A stretch of 64,000 nucleotides of DNA, from contig NC_087437.1 of the NCBI RefSeq assembly GCF_036321535.1, forward strand, positions 54,438,001 through 54,502,000, given 5' to 3'. A program made the position numbers and the translations under genes. This document shows positions 47,421 through 60,609 of the stretch, in pieces. The number at the start of each line of letters is the position of its first letter. Within the stretch, counting starts at the first letter, position 1. The stretch is from Camelus dromedarius (Eukaryota). A model generated the notes under the pieces. That model worked only from the letters and a program-made list of their open reading frames with translations, was not told the origin of the DNA and did not search any database.

Positions 47421-50179
47421 GTACCGCGTCAGCAGAGTAGAGAGGGAAAAAGTTGTTTGCTGTTAGAATCTTATCAAGCAGCTTAGTTCCTATTCTTGTC
47501 CTTCTAAATGTTTGCCAGTTTTTCAGCCTAGACTGGAAAAACTGTTTTAGGGACCCCAAAGCTTGTAGGCAGTAGAAGCAGCAGCTGGCAGCCAGTTCAT
47601 GCCTCTGAAGTGTGGGCTGGGACCTTGGTGGCCAGAGATACCGGATCCCTCGTGCTGGTGGGGAAACCGAGGCCCCAGGGAACGGACCGAAGTGCTCAGT
47701 CACACCCTTGTCAGCTGAGCTGGAGTTGGGCGTGGCCCTTACTCCCTTTCCTGCCCTCTTTTAAGGGTGTTTTTGATTCAGTTTCTGCTGAGCCTAGCCT
47801 GCGCATTCCTTCCCCACCCCACCGCCACCCCACCCCCTCCCCGGGGGGCTTTGCTTGGGAGAATTTGGGAGGGGATGGAACTTGGAGATCACTGTTACTG
47901 GGCTTGAACCTTGTGCTTTGCACTTTGCAACAAAATGATTAAGAAGGTTCAGTGCGAGTGAGCATGTGGTTAGGGGTCTTATAGCCATTTATACCTGTCG
48001 CATGTTTGCAAGAACCAAGCTTCTGACTCGATGACTTCAAGGTTTCTTGTCTGTGACAGCCCCCACCCCCATTTCCCTTTCTGTTTACTTATCTGTGCTT
48101 GCCTACATGCTTGCAGGCTGCCAGTGTTAGATCATGGGGTAGATCCTGCTGTTTTTCTTTTCCGTCTTAAACCTGCCCTTCACAACCCGTCTCACAGGAC
48201 CCTTTAGCATTTCACAGCCTTCACAGCACGTTTTTACAGTCGTTTTTATTACTTAGCTCCCAACTGCCATCCAAGAGATGGGTCGGCAGGATCGTTCTTG
48301 TCTCGCAGAGTGTGGGACAGAGTTCCCGTGGGGTGCTCAGCCTGAAGTGGCGGAGTGAGAATCAGATTCCCGGCTCCAGCGTGCCTGCCCTGCCCCTTCC
48401 TTCTCTTCTGCAGGTGAGCAGGAGATAACTGATGGGAAAGTCCTTAGCAAGCCCTCTACACAGGTGAGAAACTGTTCTTACTGCATGGTGTGCTAATTAG
48501 TAGCATTAGCTGCCTGTGTCTGGGACTTCAGGGTGAAGACCCTAGGGCGTTGAGGGTCTGGATGTCAGATGTTATCATTTCAGCAGTACCATCACCAGCT
48601 TGGTTTTTGGTGTAAGAAAACAGACCTGGGATTGAGTCATCCACTAGCCCTGTGATCTGAAGCAATCCAGAATATTCCTGAGTCTCAGTTTACCTTCATA
48701 TAGAGATCATATGCTCTAGCCCCATGTGTTTGTGAGAACCAGACATTTCCATGAGGATGCTTTGTAAAGGGTCATCAGGTGTGTCACGTGGCCGTGTGGT
48801 GGGTCTGTGTGGCCAATTCAAGGTGCCTAGCACGTTGTCTGGACCACAGGCATGGCACCGTGTCCTACTGGAAAAAATTGCGTGATGTAGACCCAGGCAG
48901 CCCCAAGTTCAAGTCTTAGCTCTGCTGCTTAATGGAGGGTGCTCCCTGGGGTGGTCAGGGCGATTGATTTCCCGACTTCCTCATTGTTAGACATCTGATT
49001 CACGAGGGCACCATTGTTGAGAATAGTCACTCTGCCAAGTGGGCTGAGTGCCGCAGATGTTTGCAGGCATTTCCAGGCAGTGCAGAGAGGTGGGCTGTCA
49101 CCAGTGAATGGCTGTGCAGTGTCCCTCCTTCCGTTGTGACTGCCCCCTTCTCCCGGGTTTTGTTTGTGTGTGTTTGTGTTTTGCTTCTACTGCAGTGACG
49201 GCTTCTGTCCTGGCCTCACATGACAGCCCCCTGAAGTTCACATGGGAAGCTGATGTGGAGGGGTGGGTCCAGGCCTTCCTCAGAAACTTGAATGGGGACC
49301 TTTCCTGGGGCAGGTCAGCAGGAGGATCAGGAAAGGCCAGGGTTATTTCACTGACCTTTGAGAAGTGTGTGTTGGCCTCATTCCACCCCCAGTATAAGCA
49401 CTTTTCCCACCATAGCAGTTGTCAGCACTCCTTAGTCACTCAGGCCACCAGCCAGCAGCTCAGCGGCTCACAGCAGACGGCTTCAAGAGGCAGAGGTACC
49501 TGCCCCACTCGGAGAAGATGGCCGTGGGTGGATGTAGTGCGAGTTCCCTGGCATTTTTAGGAAACTGCTTTTTGGGTGTTAAGGGAATTCTGCCCTTAAT
49601 GTCAGCCTGTTTCCTTGTCTGTAAAAATGGCTGTGGCAACAGTTCTTGCTTCAGAGGTCGAGGAACCAGACTCGGATTTGCCCAGGACAGCCCTCCCTGG
49701 TTTATGCCTGTGTCCTGGTGTAGTATTAACAATGTCCCCTTTCCTTCTCAGAGGTGTTCTGAGTCCCCCTACTCATCAGTATTGCGGGACACCTCATGTG
49801 TAAGTAAAAGTGATACGCACAAGGCCAGGCCTGCAGGAGAATCAGCAAATATCCATTGTTTTTGTTTGAGGAGATGCTAAGTGCTCAAGAAATATCTGTT
49901 CAGTGGACTACTTTTATCAAGGTACAGTTTGAGGATGTCTAGCTTGTCAGCAGTTAGAGTTCATTAGGGCTGTTAATACCCTTTAGAATGTAAGATGGTG
50001 CCTCAGGAGCGGTACAGGCGGAGGACTTACGGAGTGTGTGAGTCCCCTGGAACGTGCGCACGAGCTTGATGCAAGGGCTGGGCCTTGGGTTACGTACTGA
50101 AGGACAGAACAGCTTCGTCCAGGATGGGTATTTTAGCTGGGTTTTTAAATCTATTATTTTCCATTCAGTGGCCCATCTT

Positions 50180-50286
50180 TTTTTTTTTTTTTACTGAAGT
50201 ACAGTCAGTTACAACGTGTCAATCTCTGGTACAGCACAATGTCCCAGTCATGCACATACATACATACATACATTCTTTTTCATATT
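50180..50286 (-). mobile_element. Very short L1 3' stub
   Basis: Poly-T then actgaagtacagtcagttacaacgtgtcaatctctggtacagcacaatg. Exact TSD gcccatctt at 50171-50179 and 50287-50295. Confidence 0.85.
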
Positions 50287-50754
50287 GCCCATCTTGATAA
50301 AGATCTCAAACTGTAACTGTGGAAGCCCCGTGTGGTGCCAGGTACTGTGCCAAAAAGGTCACTAGACTAACCTGTATTTACTCTTCCTACTGAGTTTCCA
50401 AAGAAGATGATTCTTGTTTAGTTCCCAGGAAGAAAAAAAAATCTTAATTGGCACCTGAGCTTCTGTTTTGTTTGGTATGAAAAGGAATCATTTTCAGGAA
50501 CTGCACTGGGGAGTTGCTACCCAGAGGGCGGGGTGTGTGCCCTGACTCATGGGAAAAGCAAACTCTGCAGTGACCTAGAGAATGAGCGGCACATTTTCTT
50601 AGAATGAGGTGAAAGGCGGGTCAGCTTTCCAGTAGTCTGGTCGTTTTCAACCTGGAGTTCTCTTCTTGGCTACACTAGCTTCACTTGTAGACTATGAGTG
50701 TTCTAGTAATGACAGCTGGACAGGCCCTAAGGCTACATCTGTCCACTGGTTTGA

Positions 50755-51430
50755 TACATTTGTGTCTTCATTCACATGACACCAGGTGCTAGGTGTACCA
50801 GTGAATGACTGACTGAAACTCTAGTCTGGGTTTAGGGGATGGAAACATGACTGCTGTGTGATCTCTGCCTCCAGAGGTCATTTAAATAATCAAGAGAGTA
50901 TGTAAAAGTATTTATGTGCCAAAAATGCCTGGTGACTCTAATTGAACAGTGACTAACTCCAGGGACCTGGGGGAAACTTTGCAGGTAAGAAGACTGTCAT
51001 TTGATTGGACCCGGTAGGATGAGTGGGGATTTGTCTGGTGGGCTAGAGGAGGAGGGAGTAACTGAACAAAGGAAATAACATGAACAGGGACATGGAGGTG
51101 AGGAAGTGCTTGGGGCCTTGGAAAAATGGAGTCACTGGGGACAGACCGCAGACTAGAGAGGCTGTGGAGCTGAGGGAGCCAGCGGGGGTTGGGGCTGAGA
51201 TTGAGAAAGGTCTTGAATCCTGACTGAGGAGGTGAGACTGTGCTCTGAAAGGGGCATCAGCTAGGGAAGTGAGGTGGTTGGATCTGAGCCTTAGGAAAGT
51301 GCTGGGTGGATTGGAGGGGGTGGGGACTGGAGATGGTGAGATGTCCTGCAATCGTCCAGCCACAAAGTAAGTGGAAGCTGAATTTGAGCTGAGGAGATGG
51401 ATAGGACGGACAGTTCACAGGTAGAATAGA
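50755..51430 (-). mobile_element. L2 fragment
   Basis: ggaaataacatgaacagggacatggaggtgaggaagtgc...gattgagaaaggtcttgaatcctgactgaggag. Confidence 0.65.
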
Positions 51431-51789
51431 GGTCACCCAATCTCCTCATTTAAACAAGAGGAAACCCAGGCCCTGAGAACACACAGTCCACAGCTCCAGG
51501 TCCAGCATATCCCGAGGTGATCCATCCTCTGCCCAGTGTCTTTAGAAGGGTGACAAGTGCTTAGTTGTTGAAATTGCTGTTTGACAAGAGGATGATCTCC
51601 GTTACTTTGTATCTTTTAAGAATTTCATGGAATCTCTTAATTCTGAGTGGAATTGGCCGAGAGTTATTGAATCTCTAATCATTGGAGATATTCAAGCAGT
51701 GGCTGGTGGGAATGTTATAGTGAAAATTCAGGCACTGGTCAAAGACTTGGTCTAGAATGTCTTTGAGGTCTTTTTACCCTCTTTTTTAT

Positions 51790-51837
51790 CCCTTCCTTCC
51801 TTCCTTCCTCCCTTCCTCCCTCCCTCCCTCCCTTCCT
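51790..51837. repeat. (CCTT/CCCT)n pyrimidine tract
   Basis: cccttccttccttccttcctcccttcctccctccctccctcccttcc. Confidence 0.88.
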
Positions 51838-52089
51838 ATCCAACAGTCTTCCCTGAGATTCTTCTATCCATGTGGCTCCTCAGGGTCATTTTAGTCAAGT
51901 TGGACAAAAGTCAGAAAGAGTTAAAAATGAGTGATCAGGTGCTAAGAATGGTGGCTATAGCTCATGCAGAGTAGCGACGGTGCCAGTGAGTTAATACCGG
52001 GGAGATCTTTGTGGCCTAGGCCAGCCTGCATGATCCTGATCAACCATATAGTTATGGAATTCCATATATGTAGTTATGACGCTTTTAAA

Positions 52090-52295
52090 CCAGTCACCAT
52101 TTTTATAGTGCTTTACAGTTAGTCATGTGTTTTCCTACCAGTTACAGGTAAATCCTCACAATAGCTCTGTGAGTAGTTATTATTCTCGTCCAGTTTTTAC
52201 TGATCAGGAACATTAGGCTGAGATGAATGAAGTGACTTGCCCAGGGCCCAAGCTAGCTGGATGCTGAACCATGCCTTCAACTTGCGTTTTCTATT
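52090..52295 (-). mobile_element. MIR SINE
   Basis: atttttatagtgctttacagtt...aatcctcacaatagctctgtgag...aagtgacttgcccaggg. Confidence 0.8.
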
Positions 52296-53135
52296 AGCAC
52301 AGTTTCAAAGTCCTCCTAGTCCCAGCCTGTGCAGATTCCTGGGACAGGCTCTAGCTTTTGTTCATATTCATATCCTTAAATCCATTGTGGATCCTGATAT
52401 GTGATGAGAATTTAACAAATGTTTGTTGAATGAACATACAAATGAATAATGTGAATGAGGTAATAAATGACAACTTGAGTTTTAAGAGAAGCTTTAGTAA
52501 TAGAAAAGCCTAATTGAGCTCCTTTAAACATTAATCAAAAGACAATGAGAAAGAACTCATTTAGAATACATTTACTCAACTTCATTAAAAAAAAAACTCA
52601 CATCAAAAAAGACTCCCACCAAAACTCTTTTACCTGAATTCTGCTCTCTAATCTCTTAGGAGACCATAACCCTGATCAAGTGCATGTCCACTTCTTTGTA
52701 TGTGTGCAGTGTTTCCTTCCACTTAGTATTATTATAAGAAAAGCTCTTTTTTTTTTTTTTTTTTTTTTGCCTGGGCTTTAGATTTATCTTTTACATAACT
52801 AAGGAGTTGTTGAAATGGACAAATCCTGCTTTCCACATTACCTATGTGGGCACTTGGATAGTTTTCAGTTTTAAAAGAAATTAAATGCAATTAAGTATGT
52901 TAAACATGCAGCCTAAACATTAGTGGACAAATAGCTTTTACTTCCTACTAAATTATTTTCTGAAGACAATAATTTCTTTGGCACTTCCACTTTCCCTGAC
53001 AGTGGTTACCATTTTATCCCTTGTGTTATGTGGTTATGTGACTGTGTATCTTATCTCCTCGGGGATGTAGTAGAAAATGCATATATGGCTGAGGAGTCAA
53101 GACAGTTTTGGGTTCAAATCATGGCACTGCTTCTT

Positions 53136-53833
53136 TTTTTTTTTTTAATTGAAGTATGGTTGATTTATAATGTTGCATTAGTTTCTGGTGTACAGCATAG
53201 TGATTCAGTTATACATATGTATTCTTTTTCATCATGGGTTATTACAAGCTATTGAATGTAGTTCCCTGTGCTATACAGTAGGATCTTGTTTTTTATTTAT
53301 TTCATATATAGTAGTTAGTACCTGCAAATCCCAAACTCCTAATTCATCCCTCTCCCCTTCCCTTTTGGTAACCATAAGTTTGTTTTCTGTGTCTGTGAGT
53401 CTATTTCTGTTGTTTCTGTTTTATAAATAAGTTCACTTGTGCTATTTTTTTAGATTCCACATATAAGTGATATCATATGATATTTATCTTTATCTGACTT
53501 CACTTAATATGATAATCTCTTGATCCATCCATATTGCTACAGGTGACATTATTTCATTCTTTTTTATGGCTGAGTAGTATTCCATTCTATAAATATACCA
53601 CAGCTTCTTTATCCAACCATCTTTCGATGTACATCTAGGTTGCTTTCATGTCTTGACTACTGTAAATAGTGCTGCTGTGAACATTGGGGTGCATGTATCT
53701 TTTCAAATTAGAGTCTTCTCTGGATATATGCCCAAGAGTGGGATTGCTGGAACACACAGTAAGTCTATTTTTAGTTTTTTAAGGAATCTCCGTACTGTTT
53801 TCCATACATGTTTTCCATAGTGGTTGCACCAGA
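53136..53833 (-). mobile_element. 5'-truncated L1 nested in a MIR
   Basis: Poly-T, aattgaagtatggttgatttataatgttg...ctggatatatgcccaagagtgggattgctgg. TSD cactgc(t/c)tctt at 53125-53135 and 53834-53844. MIR halves flank it (about 53060-53135 and 53834-53975). Confidence 0.92.
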
Positions 53834-56800
53834 CACTGCCTCTTCATAGTCATGTAACTTGAACTGATTACTTAGCCTCTCTAAACCTCCAATTCCTCAT
53901 CTGTGAAAGGGGATAATATTGCCTTCCATGTAATGTGGTTGTGGAAAGTATTCTGTGGTCATTGTAGGAAGGTATTGAAGCCTGCTGCATGTCTTATTTT
54001 GCTCTCTGTCACACACCAGATGATAAGACCACCAAGATCTTTTCCCTTGTATTTCCCCGTAGAGTATGGCATAGCAGGTAGACCTTAAATAAATGTTTAT
54101 CAGCTGGTGAAGTAAGTTCTAAGTTCTTTCAAAGGAGAATCGTAGGCACAAAATACTGAATAGCTCTATTACTTTTCATACCAGTTACTATTCAGCCTCC
54201 AGAAAGACTATTCTAATTGCAGAGTCATTAGCAGTGTGTGAATCTACTTTGTTACTCCACATCTTCCCCAGGATTTACTTTTACAACTTGCATTTGTCTT
54301 TGCTAAGTAAATATGTAGGAAATCATGTTTCATTATTGTTTCAATTTACATTCCTTTAATCACTAAAAAAATTTCCCATGTAGTGATTTAGAGTTTGTGT
54401 TTCCCTTTGTGTGAAATGTCACATGGCAATATTTAAAACTGGTCTGGGCTGGGGAAGCTTCGTATGCACGGGATAAACATGTTCAGTTTTGAGTTGCGTA
54501 AACTTGAGTTTATATATATTCCTTCATTCATTCAGTCAGTGTTAACTGAGCACCTACTATGTGCCAGGCACTCTTCCAGGGGCTATGCATACTACAAAGA
54601 AAAAAATAAATGAATAAAGTCAGTGATCTTACTCCTCATTTAATATGTTTAATATATGGGGTGGCTGAGATCTAGAAGAAAGAGGTTAATTGCCAAAGTC
54701 ATTCAGTTTGTTCAGTAGCAGAGCCAGCCATTTATTTGAATAGTAATTGTGATTTCATATGTTTTTATCTGTAGCCTTTTAAACCATGGAAACATCCTGG
54801 AAGTTGCAGAGTTGTGATATCTAAACAACATCTCCAACCTGTATCTACATGGAGAAAGCAGAGTCCTGATTTTTGGTTTAGAAAATATGATCCCTTGGTT
54901 CTTCAATCTCATTTGTAACTCCTTCCTGGACCTCTTTGCCTCTACCATTTACATTCATTCTTAAATGAATGAACTGATTATTAAAATAGGAGTAGAAAAC
55001 AAAATTACACCATCTAAGCCGTTTAGACCAGATATGAAGCTTTGTGGACATGTTTTTGGTAGATGGGAAGAACAGATGACACATTTCTCTATCAAATAAA
55101 ATAGTTCCGTTTTAATAAGGCAGTTATCTTCAGGTAATAAAAATTCAACTAACTTGCCATAACTATCTTGTTTAAAGTCAATTAAGAGCCTCATATTCCT
55201 CACTTGCTGGGTAAAATTTAATAGAACTTCAGTTAAGTATTTATTGCTTATTTAATTCAAAATTAAGTTAATCACCACAGTTGGTAATAACCACTGAGTA
55301 TTTAATTAACATTCAGCAAACTATCTTATTAAGTCTAAATTAGATACAGACAGGTCTTGTTTATCCCCATCAATTTGCAAACACCATTTCCCCACCTCCC
55401 ACCCCAAAGGGACTTTGGTTTTCCCATGGCTTTCCTCTTCTCATTTCTCATCTTCATTTTCTCTGGTTGACACCCAACTTGGGTGGAGGAGGAGGAGGGG
55501 AAGAGGTACGAGTCCATTGTGTTATGGGAACTTCTGGCTTGGAGCGTAGCTGAGAAATTTTTCTGTTCCATTCCATCCCATTGTATCCCATTCCATTCTT
55601 TAAGAATTATTACTGAGCACATTTTCTGTGTAAGACATTCTTTGAAACACTTAGGAAGATATAGAGGAGGTCATGTTGACACAGTTGGTTTTATTTTCTT
55701 ATCTTAGAAATGAGAGGATTGGATTTAGTGCATTCATTTAACGCATATTTTTTGCCCCCAGTTTGTAAGGCACTCTGATGGGTGTCAGGGATACCATGAT
55801 GATTTGGACGAGGTCCTTGCTGTTAAGGAAGACACCCGAGAGGTATGAGAGGTGCACTAGGAGAAATCCTGCGTAAGGCGCTGCTGTAGGAGCACTGAGT
55901 CCCTTAGTGTTCTATGAGAAAGGTCTTGTAGTCAAGAAGGTTTGTAAAAGTCTAGGCAGGTTAAACAAAAGTAAATGGGTATCTTTACTGTGGGATTTTT
56001 CCAAGTCTTGAGGAAATTAATGTGCAGTCTGACCTCCTAAGAGGTTTGCTCCCAGAATCTCTGCATCACCAACCTTTTCTTCCCTGCCTCCTCGCCATCA
56101 GGACATTTCTTGGGCTTAGCGTTTCAACGTGCTTTGGGAAAAGCCACTGTGGGCCACAGATCCTGTCTCAGCGTTTAAGCCTAGGAGGGGTATGCAGGCA
56201 AGCACCCTCATAACACGTACAGGGTTGGAAGTTCTACTCCGTGGGAAAGATGTGTGGGAAAAGTGGGTGATTTGAGACATAGGGATTTCTGGCTTGGGTT
56301 GAAGGGGTGAAATCCAGGCAGACTTCCCTCACGGAGGAGAGCTGGGCTCTTGAGAGACACACGACTTCTATAAGCGGAGAGGACTGGAGGATGGTCGAAG
56401 AGTCATCGGGAACAGACAGAACAGCCGTGAAATTCTGGCATGACTGATTTGGTTGAAACACTCCAACACATGGACACAACTTAGACCAATTTTTGTGATA
56501 GCTTAAATCTGGAGAAGTAAGAAGTGGCAGACTTTCTTGGTGCAGAACTCTCTGCTTTCGGCCTTGTTCCAGCTGAGGGACTGCCCGTCTGCAGAAGTGA
56601 TCACTTCTGTGGGGCAGCATCCCAACGCTGTACCTGGGAGAGCCCCCCTGCCTTGTGAAGAGTGAGCCTCCGCCCCATTGGGGGACGGCTTCTTTCTTCT
56701 TTCACAGCCCGCTTTCTCCACCTTTCCTTCATCCCAGTGCCCCCTTATTCTGATGAGTCACCTGTGTCTGCATTTTTCATTCTTATCCATCTGTATCATC

Positions 56801-57149
56801 CTTTCCATCTGAGGCAAGCTACCCTTTACATTCTTCCTGACAAGTCATTTACTTCACTTAAAATAGTGCTGCCACTTTTTCCTCTCCAGTAGCAACCAGC
56901 AGATGGAACGTGCTACAAGCCTGGTCCGGCATACCAGGGGGGATTTGCCCTCAGGCTGGCGTCTTTCAGGGCCCTCCTTGTTAACCACAGCTGTCCAGAA
57001 AGGAGCACATAGGAGTGGGAGGATCTGGGTTCTATTTCCGGGCATGAGTTTTTCCCTGTTGGAGCCTCAGTTTCTCCATCTGTGAAATGTTAGGTGTAGG
57101 TTAGGGGTCCTCGTAGGGTCCTTTCAGCTAAAAGTGTTGTGTTAACATC

Positions 57150-57162
57150 TGCTGAGTCAGCA
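57150..57162. promoter_or_regulatory. Perfect T-MARE (TGCTGAGTCAGCA)
   Basis: Exact match to the 13-bp Maf recognition element; motif match only. Confidence 0.5.
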
Positions 57163-57538
57163 TACGCAGGGGTCAGTCTGGGTTGTTTGATCGGATGTGT
57201 ATCTTTGAGCCCCGCAGTACGAGCAAGTGGGCATTGAGCAGAGCTCTGCGTCTGCACACGGAGGGGGCAGGGTTCTCCTGCGCCCGCCTCCCACTGGGCT
57301 CATTTTCCTTGTATCACCTGTGACTTTTTCGTCCTATCTCCTTCTGCTCTGCCACTCAAGCTTGTCTGTTCTTTGCCAACACGCTCCCTGCTGTAAATGT
57401 CCCTCCCCGTTCCCCCCTGGATAGCTCCCTCTCTGTCTCTTCCCAGGAGGAGACTGTCTGTTCTTCAGAACCATTTCTCAAATGGATTCTCTTCAGTGAC
57501 TGAGACCAAGTCTTGGCCTTCGGGAGGCCACCCTGTAT

Positions 57539-57628
57539 CTTTTTTTTCTTTTAATGTAGGTACTGGGGATTGAACCGAGGACTTCATGCATGCTAAGCAT
57601 GCTCTACCACTCAGCCATTTCCCTTCCC
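57539..57628 (-). mobile_element. Vic-1-like SINE
   Basis: taggtactggggattgaaccgaggacttcatgcatgctaagcatgctctaccactcagc preceded by a T-rich tail. Confidence 0.8.
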
Positions 57629-57944
57629 TCTGGGAGCCCACCTTGGAAGTGAGAAGTTTTCTGACTTCTCTTTGACACTTGGTGAAAACCACAGCCAGTG
57701 AGGAAAATTATAAATTGGAGAAGAAGGTTTTTTGCTCTCTAGAACTGAGTAATGCACTGTTAGGTTCTTGGCGTGGATTCTTAAGCCTCTAGGAAAACTA
57801 ATCACTTGGAAAGCTTAAGCTTGTTTTGCAGACCTACCTGTTTCATTTCACCATCTACCTGGACAGACACTTTTGCGAAGGGGGAGACCAGAAGCCATAA
57901 CATGTGCTGGTGGTGCAAATCATCAAGAGTGGTGTGTCAGGGAC

Positions 57945-58233
57945 TCACAGACATAGAAAACAAATTTAGGATTACCAGGGAAGAAAGGGGAGGCGTGGAG
58001 GGATAAATTAGGAGTTCAGGATTTGCAGATACTAACTACTGTATATAAAATAGATAAACAAGGTCTTACTGTATAGCACAGGGAACTATATTCAATACCT
58101 TCTAATGGCGTATAATGAAAAAGAATATGAACAGGAATATGTATGTATATGTGTGTAAAGAATCACTATGCTGTACATCAGAAGGTAACATTGTAAACTG
58201 ACTATACTTTAATAAAGAAAAAACAATAAATAA
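57945..58233 (+). mobile_element. L1 3' UTR fragment
   Basis: tcacagacatagaaaacaaa...gggataaattaggagttcaggatttgcagatac...A-rich tail. 20-bp TSD aaga(g/a)tgg(t/c)gtgtcagggac at 57925-57944 and 58234-58253. Confidence 0.92.
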
Positions 58234-58499
58234 AAGAATGGCGTGTCAGGGACACAGCACAAGCCCAGAGACGTCCTTCACACGTGGAAATGCCGTTAGT
58301 AACGGCAGTGAGGTTTTGTTCCACTCCAGGGAAGATCTTCCAAAGTTAGGAATTTACCTTGCAAGTCCTTTGTTGTCTTCTTCTTTGTATTAAAAAATAA
58401 TCCTCACCTCGGTCTTTGTGATTAGTTTTTTGGGTTTTCCCAGTTACATATGCTTCCTTGAAAAATCCAGGAATATTTTGAAAGCTTTGATCTGTGTAG

Positions 58500-58720
58500 C
58501 GCTGGGCTCAAGCTAGACTGCATCCTGGCTCTGCCAGGCTGCACCATTACCACCTCGACTTGTTACTCAGTCTCTTCAGGCTTTTGCCTCATCCATAGAG
58601 AGAATAAGAAACGGACCTGTCTCCTTGTTGTGAGGATTAAGTGAGTTAATACATAACAAGCCCTTAAAATAGAACTTGCCACATGCTAAACACTCATTAA
58701 ATATTAGCTACTGTTACTGT
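58500..58720 (+). mobile_element. MIR SINE
   Basis: catcctggctctgcca...gttgtgaggattaagtgagttaataca...cactcattaaatattagctactgttact. Confidence 0.8.
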
Positions 58721-58784
58721 GGGTTATATTTATAAAGTCAGAAAATTGTGATTTGGAAAAGATGTTAGTTTTTTTTTGGAGGGT

Positions 58785-59080
58785 TTTTTTTTTTTTTGTC
58801 TTTTAAAATAAACTTCTCATTTTGGAACAGTTTCAGGTTTACAGAATAGTTGTAAATATTGTACAGAGAATTTCCATATGCCCCTCACTCCGTTTATCTC
58901 ATTTTGACATCTTACATGACTGTGGTACATTTGTCAAGACAAAGAAACTGACAGTGGTACATCACTGTTACCTCAACTCCAGACTCTGTTTAGATTTCAC
59001 CAGTTTTTCCATTCATGTCCTCTTTCTTTTGCAGGATGCAGCCCAGCCCACATTGCATTTAATTGATATCTCTGTAGCCT
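58785..59080 (-). mobile_element. Old L1 (L1MB/MC-like) 3' end
   Basis: ttttggaacagtttcaggtttacagaa...gtacagagaatttccatatgccc...ggtacatttgtcaagac...agatttcaccagtttttcc. Confidence 0.75.
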
Positions 59081-60137
59081 AGGGTGACTAAAACTTTCTT
59101 TTCTTTTCTTTTCTTTTTTTAAATTAGCTAGGGAAGGATTCTTGTAGAAAAGACTGTTACAACCTGTAATGCTGAACGAATAAACTGGAGCGGCTGTGAG
59201 TGGATGAAATGGGGTAGGATGGGACCCATCTTCCCTGCTTTTTCTGTTTGAAGGGGCTCTGGCAAAGCAGGGCTTAAATACCACCATTATCCAGCTTCCT
59301 TGTTTCCAGGGAGGAGACTGAGGCTCCCAAATGGAGAGTGATGATGTTGGATGAAGGTGGCAGCCCAGAGAAGGTGAAAAAAGGATTGTGGAAATGCCCT
59401 GATCTTGTCCCTGTTGTGGGATGGATGCGTGAGCAACTGTCAACTTTCAATCCAGGCTCTTCCACTATACGCCTCAGTTTCCTTCCCTGTAAAGTGGGTT
59501 CAGTGGTCAGTGATACTTCACAGTACAAGTATTTACCTTGTGAAAGTTAAGTGACCCAAGGTACTTGCTTTTAGCATAGCCCGAAATGTAGTAGGTTTTC
59601 AATATGTGAAAAAAGAAGCCTTCAAAATTAAGAAACTTTATCCTTAGAACTTATTTCAGGAAGATGGGAACACTTTGATGCAAAACAAGAAAAGTCATTC
59701 ATAAGGAAATCTGTTTGAGTGTTTGAGTTTCTGATAAGCAGATATACTGTCTGCGTTTATTCTTGGAGGCTTTTATCATACAATACTACATTATGTTGCA
59801 GTTTGACTTTCACACAAATTGGATCCCAAAACTTCTTACAGGAATTAAAAATACAAACTCGTGGGCAGTATGTGTTTTATAAATTACAGAAAACAGTAGT
59901 GTAACGACATGGCATAGTAAGTACAGTTAAGCCTGCGGCAGGCGCTGGTACCCAGGAGGAAGACACGGATGTGGCGGTGGAGATGGCCTGGGAGCCGGGA
60001 AGTGGGAGGAGGCGAGCAGGTGTGCAGCGCTGTGCTCAGTGCCAGGAGACATGGAGGGAGGCCATCTCCCGTGGGGGGCTGGGTGGAGAAGAAGCTGAGG
60101 GCAGTGAAGGCAGTGGCACAATCCTCTGTATATCCTT

Positions 60138-60533
60138 AAAACATTTAAAAAAATTTTAAGGACCTCATTTTTCACAGTAGTTTTATGTTCACAGCAAAAC
60201 TGAAGGGAAAGGACAGAGATTTCCCATACACCCCTTGCTCTCACATGTGCACAGCCTCCTCCATTATCAGCAGCTCCCACCGGAGTGGTACCTTTGTTAC
60301 AATTGATGATGAACCCTGCCTTGACACATCATTATCATCCGAAGTCCGGAGTTTGTATAAGCGCTCACTCTCAGTGTTGTACTTTCTCTGGGTTTGGACA
60401 AATGTCTAATGACATGTATCCATCATTATGTCATACAGAGTATTTCACTGCCCTAAAAATTCTGTCATCGGCCTGTTCATACCTACCTCCCACCCCAACA
60501 CTTGGCACCCACTGATCTTTTTACTGTCTCCAC
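60138..60533 (-). mobile_element. L1MC-like 3' end
   Basis: gttcacagcaaaactga...acagagatttcccatacacccc...gagtggtacctttgttacaattgatga...ggcacccactgatctttttactgtctcca. TSD gtatatcctt at 60128-60137 and 60534-60543. Confidence 0.85.
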
Positions 60534-60609
60534 GTATATCCTTCTTATCCTGCTATTTATGGTTGTGTTGAATGGGACCAGCTGACTTTTGGAACTTAAC
60601 CTCTATTCT

